28,571 bases of DNA. Origin: Verrucomicrobiota bacterium. Lineage in GTDB: Bacteria > Verrucomicrobiota > Verrucomicrobiia > Limisphaerales > SXQI01. A program made the translations under genes and the position numbers. Location: the NCBI GenBank assembly GCA_033762115.1, contig JANRLX010000057.1:1-28571 (forward strand), in the 5' to 3' direction. Numbering within the stretch: the stretch's first letter is position 1; each line of letters begins with the position of its first letter. Shown piece after piece: positions 17,601 through 26,893 of this stretch. The notes beneath the pieces are model-generated. The model did not search any database. It saw only the letters and a program-made list of their open reading frames with translations, and was not told where the DNA came from.

Positions 17601-19231
17601 CGGTGAGCGCCAGCCTGCCATCTTCCGCTGCGCTCAAGCTGGGAGAAGTGCGGAACTCAGGTGGAGACTGGCTTGGCCGCTATGGTACTGAGGGCTATGC
17701 TATTCCAGAAATTCCTCCGATAACACCAGCTCATGTTGTCCTGGTTAATACAAACTCATGGCTTGCGTATTCGGACGATCCACTTGATCCACGATTATTA
17801 AAGCATGATTCCGGTAGGATTAAGACTGCTTACTCTGCCACTCCCAAATTGGAGTTTGACCTGACTTTGGCTGACTACAAATTTCATAGAGTCACTCTAT
17901 ATTTTGTGGATGCGGAGCGATCGGGCATCAAGCAAAGGATCACTGTTTCCAGCGACGGAAGCGATCAGGAATTTTTGGTTAGAAATTTTCAAGAAGGAGT
18001 GTTTGTCGAGTTTGCTATCAGAGGGAGCGCACAATTCTCGATCATCAATAATGAGGGAGGCCCTGCGATTTTAAATGGCCTGTTTATTGATCCTGTGGAT
18101 AGACCAACCATCCAAATTACCCATCCACTGAATGGTGAATCATATCCTCTTCCCACGAACCTGGTAGTGAAATATCAATATTCAGGTGAACCTCTCAAGG
18201 AGGTGAAATTGTTTCTTACGGATGCGCAGGCCAGAAAGGAATTGTTGAATGTCCTTTCAATAACAAATCTGCTCGCAGGCCCACAGTCATTCGAACTCGT
18301 GGCCCAGGATATTTTTGATCAAAATGCCACATCCAGTATCGTTACTGTGACTGGAAATTTGCCTGCGCCTGAAATTTCTTTTCTCAGCGAAGATTGGACT
18401 ACCCTGGGCGATTGGAAGAATATTTACGGCAAAGATGGCTTTTTAATGGCACTGACTCCGTCTAATTTACCCCCATTTCTTAACATTCAACTATCCAATG
18501 CCCGCCCAGTGGTGTGGTTTGAAACTGCGGAAAATCCCATCGTACTCCAGGCACCCTTTGTCGAAGGCCGGAGGGCAACAGTTTACTTCGATCCTGCTAA
18601 AATCGATATAAAAGTTCAGTTGAGAGACGGATTAAAGCATCAACTTGCACTTTATTTGGCGGACTTGGATTTCGGTGCTCGAACACAACGAATCACGTTC
18701 AAGAGCCTTGAAGGCCAAGTGTTGGATACTCGGCTGATCGGTTCATTTTCCCAAGGGGTTTACTTAAATTACGACGCCAGGGGTGAATTTTTAATCGAGG
18801 TAGAGCGAGCGGGACTTGGCGGTCCTGTTATCAGTGCCATTTTCCTGGATTCCCCATTTGAGGGGTTTCGCGCATGGGGCCGCGAAATGCTCGAAAATGA
18901 AGGAATCAGTTTATCTGCTCCCGATGCCGATCCTGATTTTGATCAAATTCCAAACTTTTGGGAGTATGCGTTGGGATTGGATCCAAAAAATGAGGATTTC
19001 TGGTCACCGAAGTCTCAAGTGAGTGCAACAGGTTTTCACATCGGGTTTGTGGTTACGAACATGCCACCGGAGTTGGTCTTTTTCATTGAATCCTCTACAA
19101 ATCTTCTGGACTGGTCGAGTGAAGGAAGTCTCGAGGAACAAACAATAGGTGCGCATTCAGAGTTTAGTTTCACGGCACCTGCTTCCACTTCATCGAAATT
19201 TTATCGTCTTCGTGTCGTTTATCGCCCGTGA
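14606..19231 (+). CDS. Large secreted multidomain protein: GSDH/PQQ-type sugar dehydrogenase propeller + two CxxCH heme motifs + beta-rich domains + C-terminal tail
   Basis: GLLGLAFHP, HNGGDLHFGPDGYLYIS, ALGFRNPWR, GDVG, GGNYGWP; PFWSDNAIKERW; CKICH (16325-16339), CSHCH (16544-16558), RMPP; duplicated C-terminal module; DADPDFDQIPNFWEYALGLDP and SSTNLLDW...FYRLRV. Confidence 0.85.
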   Translation: MSNWGIKVAAIFCFIVSCGLALGNSGNVNRSFAFPDEEPSREYSFIDAFPTLSFNEPVAIATIPGETNRLFVVERQGVIVAVTNLANPTTSVFLDLRGKVHLGWVECGLLGLAFHPGYETNGYFFVFKTVYQHGLKDQVSRFQVSADNPGAANPDSETVLIDQYDESELHNGGDLHFGPDGYLYISIGYEGPAPADLPPLKQSLEVGLFGGLFRIDVDSRPENLLPNPHPANKGNYRIPKDNPYLSCTNFLGAAVDPAKVRTEYFALGFRNPWRFGIDPETGRIFTGDVGADYQEEINEVVAGGNYGWPFIEGDSVYENPPVHVDFVRPVLSLNHGYEAWEAGVVIGGVVYRGTLYPNLDGHFLSIGFKNGHLWATPLDNPTPAAVRLLLSEEGVSAFGSDPRDGSVLVTKFYEGSIRKLVYVGGPGDTFIPQTLEATGLFTSLSPLVPSASLVPYSINVPFWSDNAIKERWVALNQHYEPLQFGTQTFNFPEGTLFLKHFELEKRTGDPTSRFPVETRVLIKTTNHVFGLSYRWNSDGTTKLVGNEGEEVFFNIDDSGIIRTQRWHFPGRQECKICHTKAGGHVLGFNAYQLNLKIGELNQLNLLSDQGVITNLPTNLWHIPHTVPATNHNFPLTDRARAYFFANCSHCHQPGAPSKMLWDARYDIPLESASIVNGIVSGAFDANTRVIAPHSTKDSMIHFRIAHSGSARMPPFGTALLDTAAIKLIEEWIKSFPQAPWTNANIGPPKIYGSFQQVSNDWGIAGSGIGINQTSDSLHWMARQFGSNALMIARFRNFKLSPTNAASGLLVRQGFTNSSSTALGLLLRPMDYLSARRLEPAANAQIVSHNYPDQKPEFLKIVREGGRLSSFIENSGSWELIDSMAPLKTEEYFVGIATHSSHEAEQAYATYDSVAYASLSLKAASAEIQLPDSLHLLLSRETEGVVFTKYRVVIGTNVLLQSSAPDLSQITISNLPPGSHELRVVAHAGSFFSLTSNPVAVSASLPSSAALKLGEVRNSGGDWLGRYGTEGYAIPEIPPITPAHVVLVNTNSWLAYSDDPLDPRLLKHDSGRIKTAYSATPKLEFDLTLADYKFHRVTLYFVDAERSGIKQRITVSSDGSDQEFLVRNFQEGVFVEFAIRGSAQFSIINNEGGPAILNGLFIDPVDRPTIQITHPLNGESYPLPTNLVVKYQYSGEPLKEVKLFLTDAQARKELLNVLSITNLLAGPQSFELVAQDIFDQNATSSIVTVTGNLPAPEISFLSEDWTTLGDWKNIYGKDGFLMALTPSNLPPFLNIQLSNARPVVWFETAENPIVLQAPFVEGRRATVYFDPAKIDIKVQLRDGLKHQLALYLADLDFGARTQRITFKSLEGQVLDTRLIGSFSQGVYLNYDARGEFLIEVERAGLGGPVISAIFLDSPFEGFRAWGREMLENEGISLSAPDADPDFDQIPNFWEYALGLDPKNEDFWSPKSQVSATGFHIGFVVTNMPPELVFFIESSTNLLDWSSEGSLEEQTIGAHSEFSFTAPASTSSKFYRLRVVYRP
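17627..18850 (+). repeat. Two diverged copies of an approximately 155-aa domain inside the 1541-aa protein
   Basis: GDWLGRYGTEGY...HRVTLYFVD...QRIT...FQEGVFVEF..RG...GGPAILNGLFID (about 17627-18091) versus GDWKNIYGKDGF...HQLALYLAD...QRIT...FSQGVYLNY..RG...GGPVISAIFLD (about 18368-18850). Confidence 0.85.
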
Positions 19232-19342
19232 TGGGCGGAAATTTTCCTGAATACTCTTTCGTGGCAAGGCGTCGATTGGGGCAGGTGGCTCGCGGAGATT
19301 TGCCGCTTGCCTGCAATCTGCCACTGCCTAGAGTTGGCTAGT

Positions 19343-20230
19343 ATGAAGATTTTTTGCGCATTCTCCATGGCAATGCTCCTGTCGCTTCGCGCGGTGATCG
19401 CCCAGGTCACTGTGGAAGTCCTGTTTGATGAGCAGCAATATTTGCCGAGCGAGACATTGACCGCGAAAGTTCGGATCAGCAATTCATCCGGAAAAACGCT
19501 GACATTTGGCAGGGAGGAGAACTGGCTTTTGATCAATGTTGAAGGGTCGGATGGTTATATCGTGCCGCAGATTAAATCGATTCCGGTGGTGGGGGAATTT
19601 TCCCTTGAGTCTTCGCAGGTCGGGACCAAACGAATCGATTTGGCTCCCTATTTTGAGTTGAGCAAAATCGGCCGTTACCGTGCCACAGCAGTCGTCCGGG
19701 TTCCTGGGTTCGAAGGACAATTTGAGGGGCGTTCGAAGCCTTTTGATATTTCAAGCGGGAGCACGATTTGGGAAACCACCTTTGGTGTTCCTGAAGAGAA
19801 TGGGGAGGGAAAATCGACGGAAATGAGAAAGTACCTGTTGGTCCAGGCGAACCAGGGAAAACAGATCAAGTTATATGTCAGAGTGACGGACCAGGCAGAA
19901 ACCCACAATATCCGTGTGTTTCCATTGGGCCCTGTCATTTCCTTCAGCCGCCCTGAGCCGCAGGTGGATCGTTGGAGCAACCTTCATGTGCTTCAACAAA
20001 CGGGTGCGCGTACGTTCAGTTATTACATGATCACACCAGATGGTTTTTTACTTGCCCGCGAAACGCACGAATACGCTCCGGATTCCCGTCCTGTGCTTAA
20101 GGCGGATGTCTCGGGAAAAATTTCGGTGAAGGGTGGAACTCGGCGTTACGCTTCTTCCGATCTGCCTCCTGATTTTCCTAAAGATAGGGAATCAGATGAA
20201 CCAAGCGATGCCAAGAAGACGAGCCCATAA
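19343..20230 (+). CDS. Exported hypothetical protein
   Basis: Long ORF; signal peptide MKIFCAFSMAMLLSLRAVIA-Q from ATG 19343; beta-strand-like pattern. Confidence 0.7.
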   Translation: MKIFCAFSMAMLLSLRAVIAQVTVEVLFDEQQYLPSETLTAKVRISNSSGKTLTFGREENWLLINVEGSDGYIVPQIKSIPVVGEFSLESSQVGTKRIDLAPYFELSKIGRYRATAVVRVPGFEGQFEGRSKPFDISSGSTIWETTFGVPEENGEGKSTEMRKYLLVQANQGKQIKLYVRVTDQAETHNIRVFPLGPVISFSRPEPQVDRWSNLHVLQQTGARTFSYYMITPDGFLLARETHEYAPDSRPVLKADVSGKISVKGGTRRYASSDLPPDFPKDRESDEPSDAKKTSP

Positions 20231-21278
20231 CCATTCCTTGCTGAAGGTCATTTTATGGGCTGGAATCCTGCTTGGTTGGATCACCCAGAGCTTCGCTGCT
20301 GATCTCTATCTGGTTCATTTAAAAAATGGAGATCGAATTACTGGAAGTATCCTTTCAGAAAATGAGAAGGAAATTCAGCTTCGCACCAGCTCTTTTGGCG
20401 ATTTGAAAATCCCCACTGACCAGGTGCAACGCCGGGAAAAACTCACGCCTCCTCCGTCTGCTCCAGTCATCACCAACGCACCCAGCACTGCCGTGGTCCT
20501 GCCGCCGCCCGGCGGCCCTGTGGTTCCTACTGCAAAACCATCCACGAATGTAGTGGTGCAGCCCAACCCGGTTCCTCCTGTCGTGGCAAAAAAGGTAGCG
20601 GAACCTCCCAAACCCAAACCGCCAAAACGATGGAACACGGAAGTGAGTTTGGGAATGAACCTGCGCTACAGCGCTCGGGACCAGCAGGAATATCTTGCCG
20701 TGTTAAAAAGCAGTTATAACAAGGAAAAGCTTCTCCAAACTTTTGATTATCAGTTTTCCTATGGAAAAACGGAAGGCGTACTTTCCTCCCATCGGATGAC
20801 CGGGTTGTCCAAATCCGATTATCGCCTGTCCGATCGTTTTTACGTTTATGCGAGTGCGGGAGGTGGATATGACGAAATTCGCAAAATCGATTTTCAGTAT
20901 GAATTGGGTCCAGGTGTAGGTTATGAATTGATCCGCTCCACAAACTGGAATTTCGTGTTGAAATCGGAATTGGGAGCGACCTACCAGGATCAGTACCGGT
21001 CTGATGATACACGACAAAAAACCTATTCTGCACGAATTGGAAAGATTTTTTCATGGAAGGTTTGGGACAAATTGACCGCAGATGGACGTGCTGAGTTTTT
21101 CCCTAATGTCGAGAGCCTGTCGGAATACCGCTTGAGGATGGAAGGGACCCTCCGATATCCATTTTACAAGGCGTTGTCGTTGAATTTAATCATCATTGAT
21201 TTGTATGACACAACTCCGCCCCAGGGGGTGAGCAACAATGATTTGCAGATACGCTCGGCATTGAGCGTGAAATTTTAG
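20196..21278 (+). CDS. DUF481-like outer-membrane beta-barrel with N-terminal 'LKNGDRITG' domain and Pro-rich linker
   Basis: Signal peptide ending SFA; amphipathic beta strands; GPGVGYEL; C-terminal SALSVKF BAM-type signature. Start 20196 or 20208. Confidence 0.75.
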   Translation: MNQAMPRRRAHNHSLLKVILWAGILLGWITQSFAADLYLVHLKNGDRITGSILSENEKEIQLRTSSFGDLKIPTDQVQRREKLTPPPSAPVITNAPSTAVVLPPPGGPVVPTAKPSTNVVVQPNPVPPVVAKKVAEPPKPKPPKRWNTEVSLGMNLRYSARDQQEYLAVLKSSYNKEKLLQTFDYQFSYGKTEGVLSSHRMTGLSKSDYRLSDRFYVYASAGGGYDEIRKIDFQYELGPGVGYELIRSTNWNFVLKSELGATYQDQYRSDDTRQKTYSARIGKIFSWKVWDKLTADGRAEFFPNVESLSEYRLRMEGTLRYPFYKALSLNLIIIDLYDTTPPQGVSNNDLQIRSALSVKF

Positions 21279-21314
21279 CTTTGAGTCGGGACTGGAAATC
21301 TGTAGCTCTTTGGA

Positions 21315-22139
21315 GTGTTTACTGAGCGGCAGCTTTGGAAAAGCCTGATGGATTTCAGGCATCTGACTTTAATCGCAGGGCCATGTGTTATCGAAAATGA
21401 AGCCCTTTGCATCAAGATTGCAAAAAATCTAAAAAAAATCTGTGCCCCACTCGGGATCTTCTACGTTTTCAAGGCCAGTTTTGATAAGGCAAATCGTTCC
21501 TCTTCTGCTTCGTTCCGCGGTCCTGGAATCGATGGCTTGAATGTTCTGGCAAAAATCAGGGAAGAGCTGGAAATCCCGGTGATCACCGATGTGCATACCG
21601 AAGAACAGGCGCGGCTGGCTGGAAAAGTGGTTGATATTTTGCAGATCCCTGCATTTCTTTGCCGGCAAACTGATTTAATCATGGCGGCGGTCCAGACCGG
21701 GAAAGTGGTCAACATCAAAAAGGGGCAGTTTTTAAGTCCTATCGATATGGGACAAGTGGTTAAAAAGGCCACCGCAGGTGGAGCTAACAAGGTGATGCTG
21801 ACGGAACGAGGGACTACTTTCGGTTATAACAACCTGGTGGCGGATATGCGTTCAATCCCAATCCTGAGGGGATATGGGTATCCAGTCATTTTTGATGCGA
21901 CACATTCTGTGCAACTCCCTGGCGGGTCGGGAGATCGGTCTTCCGGCCAGCGGGAGTTTGCACCTGTGCTGGCCCGGTGCGCAGTGGTGGCTGGTGCCAC
22001 CGGATTGTTTATTGAAACGCATCCCAATCCAAACGAGGCGTTAAGCGACGGGCCCAATATGATTCCGTTGAATGAAATGCCAAAGTTGCTGAATCAATTG
22101 GTGTCCCTGCATGAGGTTTCCATAGGCCATGAAAACTGA
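21315..22139 (+). CDS. kdsA: 3-deoxy-8-phosphooctulonate (KDO8P) synthase
   Basis: [57 protein letters not shown]. Confidence 0.97.
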   Translation: MFTERQLWKSLMDFRHLTLIAGPCVIENEALCIKIAKNLKKICAPLGIFYVFKASFDKANRSSSASFRGPGIDGLNVLAKIREELEIPVITDVHTEEQARLAGKVVDILQIPAFLCRQTDLIMAAVQTGKVVNIKKGQFLSPIDMGQVVKKATAGGANKVMLTERGTTFGYNNLVADMRSIPILRGYGYPVIFDATHSVQLPGGSGDRSSGQREFAPVLARCAVVAGATGLFIETHPNPNEALSDGPNMIPLNEMPKLLNQLVSLHEVSIGHEN

Positions 22140-22668
22140 TTCTGTTGGTGAAGCAATCCTGGAACGCGCAAAAAAGATTAAACTTTTCCTTTGCGACGTG
22201 GATGGAATTTTGACGAATGCCACCGTTTTCATGGGTGGGGAAGGGGAATACAAGCAATTCCACATTCAGGATGGTTTGGGACTTCGGTTACTCCAGATGG
22301 GTGGTATTAAAGTGGGCTGGATATCCAACCGTCCTTCTTTCGCCACCACGGAACGGGCCATGGATTTGAAGGTGGATTACCTGAAGCAATCCGATGGGAA
22401 CAAAGTAAAAGCTGTGGAGGAGTTGTTGAAGGAATGCGACGTCAATTGGGAACAAGTTTCCTATATGGGGGATGATGTCGTGGATTTGGGAGTGCTCAGA
22501 AGAGCCGGCCTGGCGGTGTCAGTGCCCAATGCCATCAAGGAAGCGCAAGAGGCGGCCGATCTGGTCACAGTAAAATATGGGGGACAGGGAGCGGTTCGCG
22601 AAGTGACGGATATTATCTTGAAAGCGCAGGGGCATTGGGAAAAGATCGTGGCACATTTTTCCGCCTGA
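22129..22668 (+). CDS. kdsC: KDO8P phosphatase (HAD family)
   Basis: [33 protein letters not shown]; overlaps kdsA by 11 nt. Confidence 0.92.
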   Translation: MKTDSVGEAILERAKKIKLFLCDVDGILTNATVFMGGEGEYKQFHIQDGLGLRLLQMGGIKVGWISNRPSFATTERAMDLKVDYLKQSDGNKVKAVEELLKECDVNWEQVSYMGDDVVDLGVLRRAGLAVSVPNAIKEAQEAADLVTVKYGGQGAVREVTDIILKAQGHWEKIVAHFSA

Positions 22669-22851
22669 GAGGTGGAGATCAGGTTGACGCGACCTGAGGA
22701 GTGTTGCAAAAAGAATGGGTCATTTTCCGGGACTCGCGTAATAAAACTAATGTCGAACATTACTCAAACCAAAATCTATTGGTTTTCTTTCGACTTTTCT
22801 TGCTACGAAGCGGGCAGGTGCGTAAAACCATTCCAGCGGATTAACAGTAAA

Positions 22852-22879
22852 TCTTATTTTGCTGGTTCGCAGAATAAGA
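22852..22879. promoter_or_regulatory. Dyad/inverted repeat upstream of the act operon
   Basis: TCTTATTTTGC-tggttc-GCAGAATAAGA, 10 of 11 positions Watson-Crick paired. Confidence 0.4.
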
Positions 22880-22982
22880 AAAAGTAGTAATTCTAACGAC
22901 GATGAGCTTAACTGGATTATTCATCAATTCTGTTGATGACCCCTGCCCATCCGTCACCGGGGTGTCTTTTAAATCGTGAGCC

Positions 22983-23633
22983 ATGTCTGATATTTTTCCA
23001 AAGTGGACGAACAAGCTTCCGGGAAGGATCATTTTCGGAGTCTTGCTGGTGGGCACTGTGGCTACGGCCGGGGTGACCTACTACTTCACCCCTAAATATA
23101 CACGGGTGGGATATCAGCCGATCCAGCCAGTCAATTTTTCTCACTCAATTCATGCAGACCAGCTTGGGATAGATTGCCGTTATTGTCATAACGGGGTGGA
23201 AAAATCCTGGTATTCAAATATTCCGACAGCCAGCGTTTGCATGAACTGTCACAATCAGGTGGCAGCAGCCAGCCCGGAACTGGCTTTGGTTCGGGAAAGT
23301 GCCCAGACAGGGACGCCGATCAATTGGGTGCAAGTTCACAAAACACCTGATTACGTTTATTTCAACCATTCCGTTCATGTAAACCGCGGTGTGAGCTGTG
23401 TTCATTGCCACGGCCAGGTGAACAAAATGGATGAGGTGCGGCATGAAAAACCTTTAAGCATGAGCTTTTGCCTCGAATGCCATCGCAATCCGGCTGAAAA
23501 ACTGCGCCCTCCTGAAGAAGTGTATAATTTAAATTGGACTCCGCCTGCGAATTTCGCAAAAGACAAAGGAGCCAAGTTTGTTCATGACTGGAAGGTCAAC
23601 GCTTCCCAAAACTGCTCCGCCTGTCATCGATGA
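22983..23633 (+). CDS. actA: Alternative complex III pentaheme cytochrome c subunit
   Basis: N-terminal TM anchor; QPVNFSH; five CxxCH motifs (CRYCH, CMNCH, CVHCH, CLECH, CSACH); PDYVYFNHSVH. Confidence 0.93.
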   Translation: MSDIFPKWTNKLPGRIIFGVLLVGTVATAGVTYYFTPKYTRVGYQPIQPVNFSHSIHADQLGIDCRYCHNGVEKSWYSNIPTASVCMNCHNQVAAASPELALVRESAQTGTPINWVQVHKTPDYVYFNHSVHVNRGVSCVHCHGQVNKMDEVRHEKPLSMSFCLECHRNPAEKLRPPEEVYNLNWTPPANFAKDKGAKFVHDWKVNASQNCSACHR

Positions 23634-26600
23634 AAACCATTCCGCCAACCTGTCCTGAACCGGAAACGGGCCCGCGCTATTGGCGCAGCCTGGATCATCT
23701 GGCTGAGTCCCCTGAATTCCAACAATGGGTTCAGCGTGAGTTTCCAGCAGGTGCCAGCGAATTTACTGACCCTGTTTCCCGGCGGCATTTCGTCAAAATC
23801 ATGTCGGCATCATTCCTTCTTGGAGGACTAGGGTTGACCGGATGCCGCAAACCGGAAGAAACAATCATTCCGTTTTCCAAACTGCCGGAAGATTATATCC
23901 ATGGCGTCCCCAGGTTTTATGCGACTGCCATGCCGACACGCACCGGAGCAATCCCGTTGCTGGTAAAATCGCATGAAGGGCGGCCGATCAAGATCGAAGG
24001 GAACCAGGATCATCCGGACGAAAATGGCGGAACAGATCATTACGCGCAGGCTTCGATCCTGAATCTATATGATCCAGATCGGGCTACACGCTATACCAAG
24101 GGGGGAAATTCCGTTTCCCGTGAAATAGCGGTTGATCATCTCGGTGAAATTTCTCGTGGATTGGCCACAACAGGTGGGCGAGGATTTGCTATTTTGGCAG
24201 ACCGCTCCACTTCTGCTTCCCGGCTGCGCCTGCAGAACCTGATTGCTCAAAAATTTCCGCAATCGAAATGGTTTTCCTACGAAGCTATTGATTTTGACGT
24301 GCACCGGCAGGCCGCAACCATTGCGTTTGGCCAGCCATCCCGACCTGTTGAGCATTTCGAAAAGGCAGCGGTCATTCTCTCTCTGGATTCCGATTTTATT
24401 GGATCGGAGGAAGAAAGTTACAAGCATTGCCGTGGTTTTGCGCAGGGACGTCGAATCGAAAAGCCGACTGATGCGTTGAATCGCCTCTATGTTGTCGAAC
24501 CAGTCATGACACTGACCGGGTCGAATGCTGATCATCGGCTGCGGCGGCCTGCCTCTGGCATTGCGCAGGTGGCTGCCCAGTTTGCAGCAGCGATTATCGA
24601 CAAGCAAAATGTCGAAGAAAAGTGGATCGCTGAATGCGCCAAGGATTTGTTGGCAAACCAGGGCAAGGCACTGGTTGTTGCAGGTTATCGGCAACCGCTG
24701 GAGGTCCATTTGCTTGCGGCTGCGATGAACAATGCCTTGGGCAGCTACGGTAAAACGATTTCTCTCATGCCTGCTCCTCCAACAAAAGAGGGGACATTGC
24801 AGGATCTTGCACTGGATTTGAATGCGGGCGCAGTTGAGACCTTGATTATTTTAGGTGGAAACCCGGCCTATTCCGCACCGGCTGACCTGAACTGGCCTGA
24901 CATCCAGAAAAAAGCCCGGGAGGTCATTCATCTGAGTTATTATGAGGATGAAACGGCCGCCATCTCGACCTGGCATTTGCCAGCGGCTCATTACCTGGAG
25001 TCCTGGGGTGACGCGATTACCAGCAGCGGGACGCTGGTTCCTGTCCAGCCATTGATTGCCCCGATTTTCAACGGGATTACCGACATTGAAGTCCTCGCGC
25101 GCATTGCGGGACTGAATGACACGAATCCACATAGTGTTGTCCGTGAGACGTTTAAGATCATGGCAGGCGAGGGGAACCTCGACAATCAGTGGAAGAAATT
25201 TTTACATGACGGTTTTCTTGCCGGGAATTCAGCAAAACCGATAACCGCGACGTTTAACAACGCAGTCGTTGGACAGGCCCGACAAAAAATCCAAGCCGCA
25301 CCTGCTCCTGGAAAAGAGCAGTTGGAAGTGGTGTTTTGCCGCGACTACAGCGTGGATGATGGTCGCTACATCAACAACGGCTGGTTGCAGGAGTTGCCGG
25401 ACCCGATCACGAAGTTAGTTTGGGACAACGCCATTTGCATAAGTCCGAAAACGGCGCGTGAACTGGAGTTGAACCACAACGCTCTGCCTGAGAACGGAAA
25501 ATTCCATAATGACAAGGTGGAGATCGAGGTGGGTGGCCGGAAAGTGCAGGGTGGTGTCTGGATTCTCCCGGGAATGGCGGACTACACCATTGCCGTGTCG
25601 CTGGGGTATGGTCGCACCAAAACGGGCCGAGTCGGAAAAGGTACCGGCTTCAATGCTTATGCCCTTCGCACGAGCGGCAGCCCGGGATGGAGTTCCGGTG
25701 CAAAATTGCGTCGAACAGGGGAGACCTATCACCTGGTAACCACCCAGGAGCATGGGATGATGGAGGGACGTCCAATCATCCGTGAGGGCAACCTCGAGCA
25801 ATACAGGAAAAAACCTGATTTTGCAAAAAACATGGATTTGGAAGCACATGCTCCAAATGCTGGCCCAATTTACAAACATCCCTATCGCGAGCAGCCATCC
25901 CTGAAAAGCGACGTGCATCAATGGGGGATGGTCATTGATCTGAATACCTGCGTGGGATGCAATGCCTGCGTGGTCGCTTGCCAGAGCGAAAACAATATCC
26001 CAATCGTTGGAAAAGAGCAGGTCAGCAAAGGGCGCGAAATGCACTGGCTGCGCATCGACCGTTACTTCAGCAGCAGCCCGGGTGCTCATGGTGGAAATGC
26101 AACTGCCGCCGAAGATCCGCAGGTGAATAATCAACCGATGCTTTGCCAGCATTGCGAGAGCGCTCCATGCGAAAGTGTGTGCCCGGTGAATGCCACTGTG
26201 CATGACGAAGAAGGTTTGAACTTGATGGCTTACAACCGGTGTGTTGGAACTCGTTACTGTTCAAACAACTGCCCGTATAAAGTTCGTCGATTTAACTTTT
26301 TTGATTATAATCGTCGCCCGCTCGACAAACTGACTGACAGCCCCCTTCAGAGCCCTTCTGAGCTGATGCGCTGGTTCAAAAAACCAGAAGAAGGCTCGAT
26401 TCCGCAGGATGAATGGGAACTGAAGAAACTGGTCAAGAACCCTGATGTCACCGTTCGGATGCGGGGTGTGATGGAGAAATGCACATTCTGTGTCCAGCGG
26501 ATTGAAGGAGCCAAGATTGCTCAAAAAGTAAAAGCGGGCGCTTCTGGGAATGTGCGAGTGCCGGAAGGAACGTTTACCACTGCCTGTGCCCAGGCTTGCC

Positions 26601-26893
26601 CGGCCGGTGCCATCGTGTTTGGCAATTTGGCCGACCCGGACAGTGCGGTGAACAAGTTGAAAGCGCAGCCGCGTAATTACAGTGTTTTGGGCTTTCTTGA
26701 TACCAAGCCGCGACTGACTTATCTGGCTAGAATCCGGAATCCGAACCCAGCAATGCCGGATTATTATGACATGCCCTTGAGCCTCAAGGAGTATTCTGAC
26801 CATCACGGAAATCCAATGGATACGCACGCCTCGCCTGATCGGGACCATGCTCATGGCACCGAAGTTAAGGCTGAACAGAAAGGAGGCCACTGA
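23630..26893 (+). CDS. actB: Alternative complex III subunit B (molybdopterin-oxidoreductase-like + Fe-S domain)
   Basis: YWRSL; Tat motif SRRHFVK followed by [68 protein letters not shown]...CAQACP. Confidence 0.95.
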   Translation: MKTIPPTCPEPETGPRYWRSLDHLAESPEFQQWVQREFPAGASEFTDPVSRRHFVKIMSASFLLGGLGLTGCRKPEETIIPFSKLPEDYIHGVPRFYATAMPTRTGAIPLLVKSHEGRPIKIEGNQDHPDENGGTDHYAQASILNLYDPDRATRYTKGGNSVSREIAVDHLGEISRGLATTGGRGFAILADRSTSASRLRLQNLIAQKFPQSKWFSYEAIDFDVHRQAATIAFGQPSRPVEHFEKAAVILSLDSDFIGSEEESYKHCRGFAQGRRIEKPTDALNRLYVVEPVMTLTGSNADHRLRRPASGIAQVAAQFAAAIIDKQNVEEKWIAECAKDLLANQGKALVVAGYRQPLEVHLLAAAMNNALGSYGKTISLMPAPPTKEGTLQDLALDLNAGAVETLIILGGNPAYSAPADLNWPDIQKKAREVIHLSYYEDETAAISTWHLPAAHYLESWGDAITSSGTLVPVQPLIAPIFNGITDIEVLARIAGLNDTNPHSVVRETFKIMAGEGNLDNQWKKFLHDGFLAGNSAKPITATFNNAVVGQARQKIQAAPAPGKEQLEVVFCRDYSVDDGRYINNGWLQELPDPITKLVWDNAICISPKTARELELNHNALPENGKFHNDKVEIEVGGRKVQGGVWILPGMADYTIAVSLGYGRTKTGRVGKGTGFNAYALRTSGSPGWSSGAKLRRTGETYHLVTTQEHGMMEGRPIIREGNLEQYRKKPDFAKNMDLEAHAPNAGPIYKHPYREQPSLKSDVHQWGMVIDLNTCVGCNACVVACQSENNIPIVGKEQVSKGREMHWLRIDRYFSSSPGAHGGNATAAEDPQVNNQPMLCQHCESAPCESVCPVNATVHDEEGLNLMAYNRCVGTRYCSNNCPYKVRRFNFFDYNRRPLDKLTDSPLQSPSELMRWFKKPEEGSIPQDEWELKKLVKNPDVTVRMRGVMEKCTFCVQRIEGAKIAQKVKAGASGNVRVPEGTFTTACAQACPAGAIVFGNLADPDSAVNKLKAQPRNYSVLGFLDTKPRLTYLARIRNPNPAMPDYYDMPLSLKEYSDHHGNPMDTHASPDRDHAHGTEVKAEQKGGH

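Noticed and set aside
22672..22887. 71-aa ORF between kdsC and actA
   Set aside because: GTG start, no motifs, runs through an AT-rich likely regulatory region.
22934..22970. Riboswitch or hairpin directly before actA
   Set aside because: Only 4-5 bp alternative pairings and no recognised aptamer consensus.
24065..26890. Long antisense ORFs (214, 262 and 209 aa) inside actB
   Set aside because: Lie wholly opposite a strongly conserved gene and show no recognisable domains.
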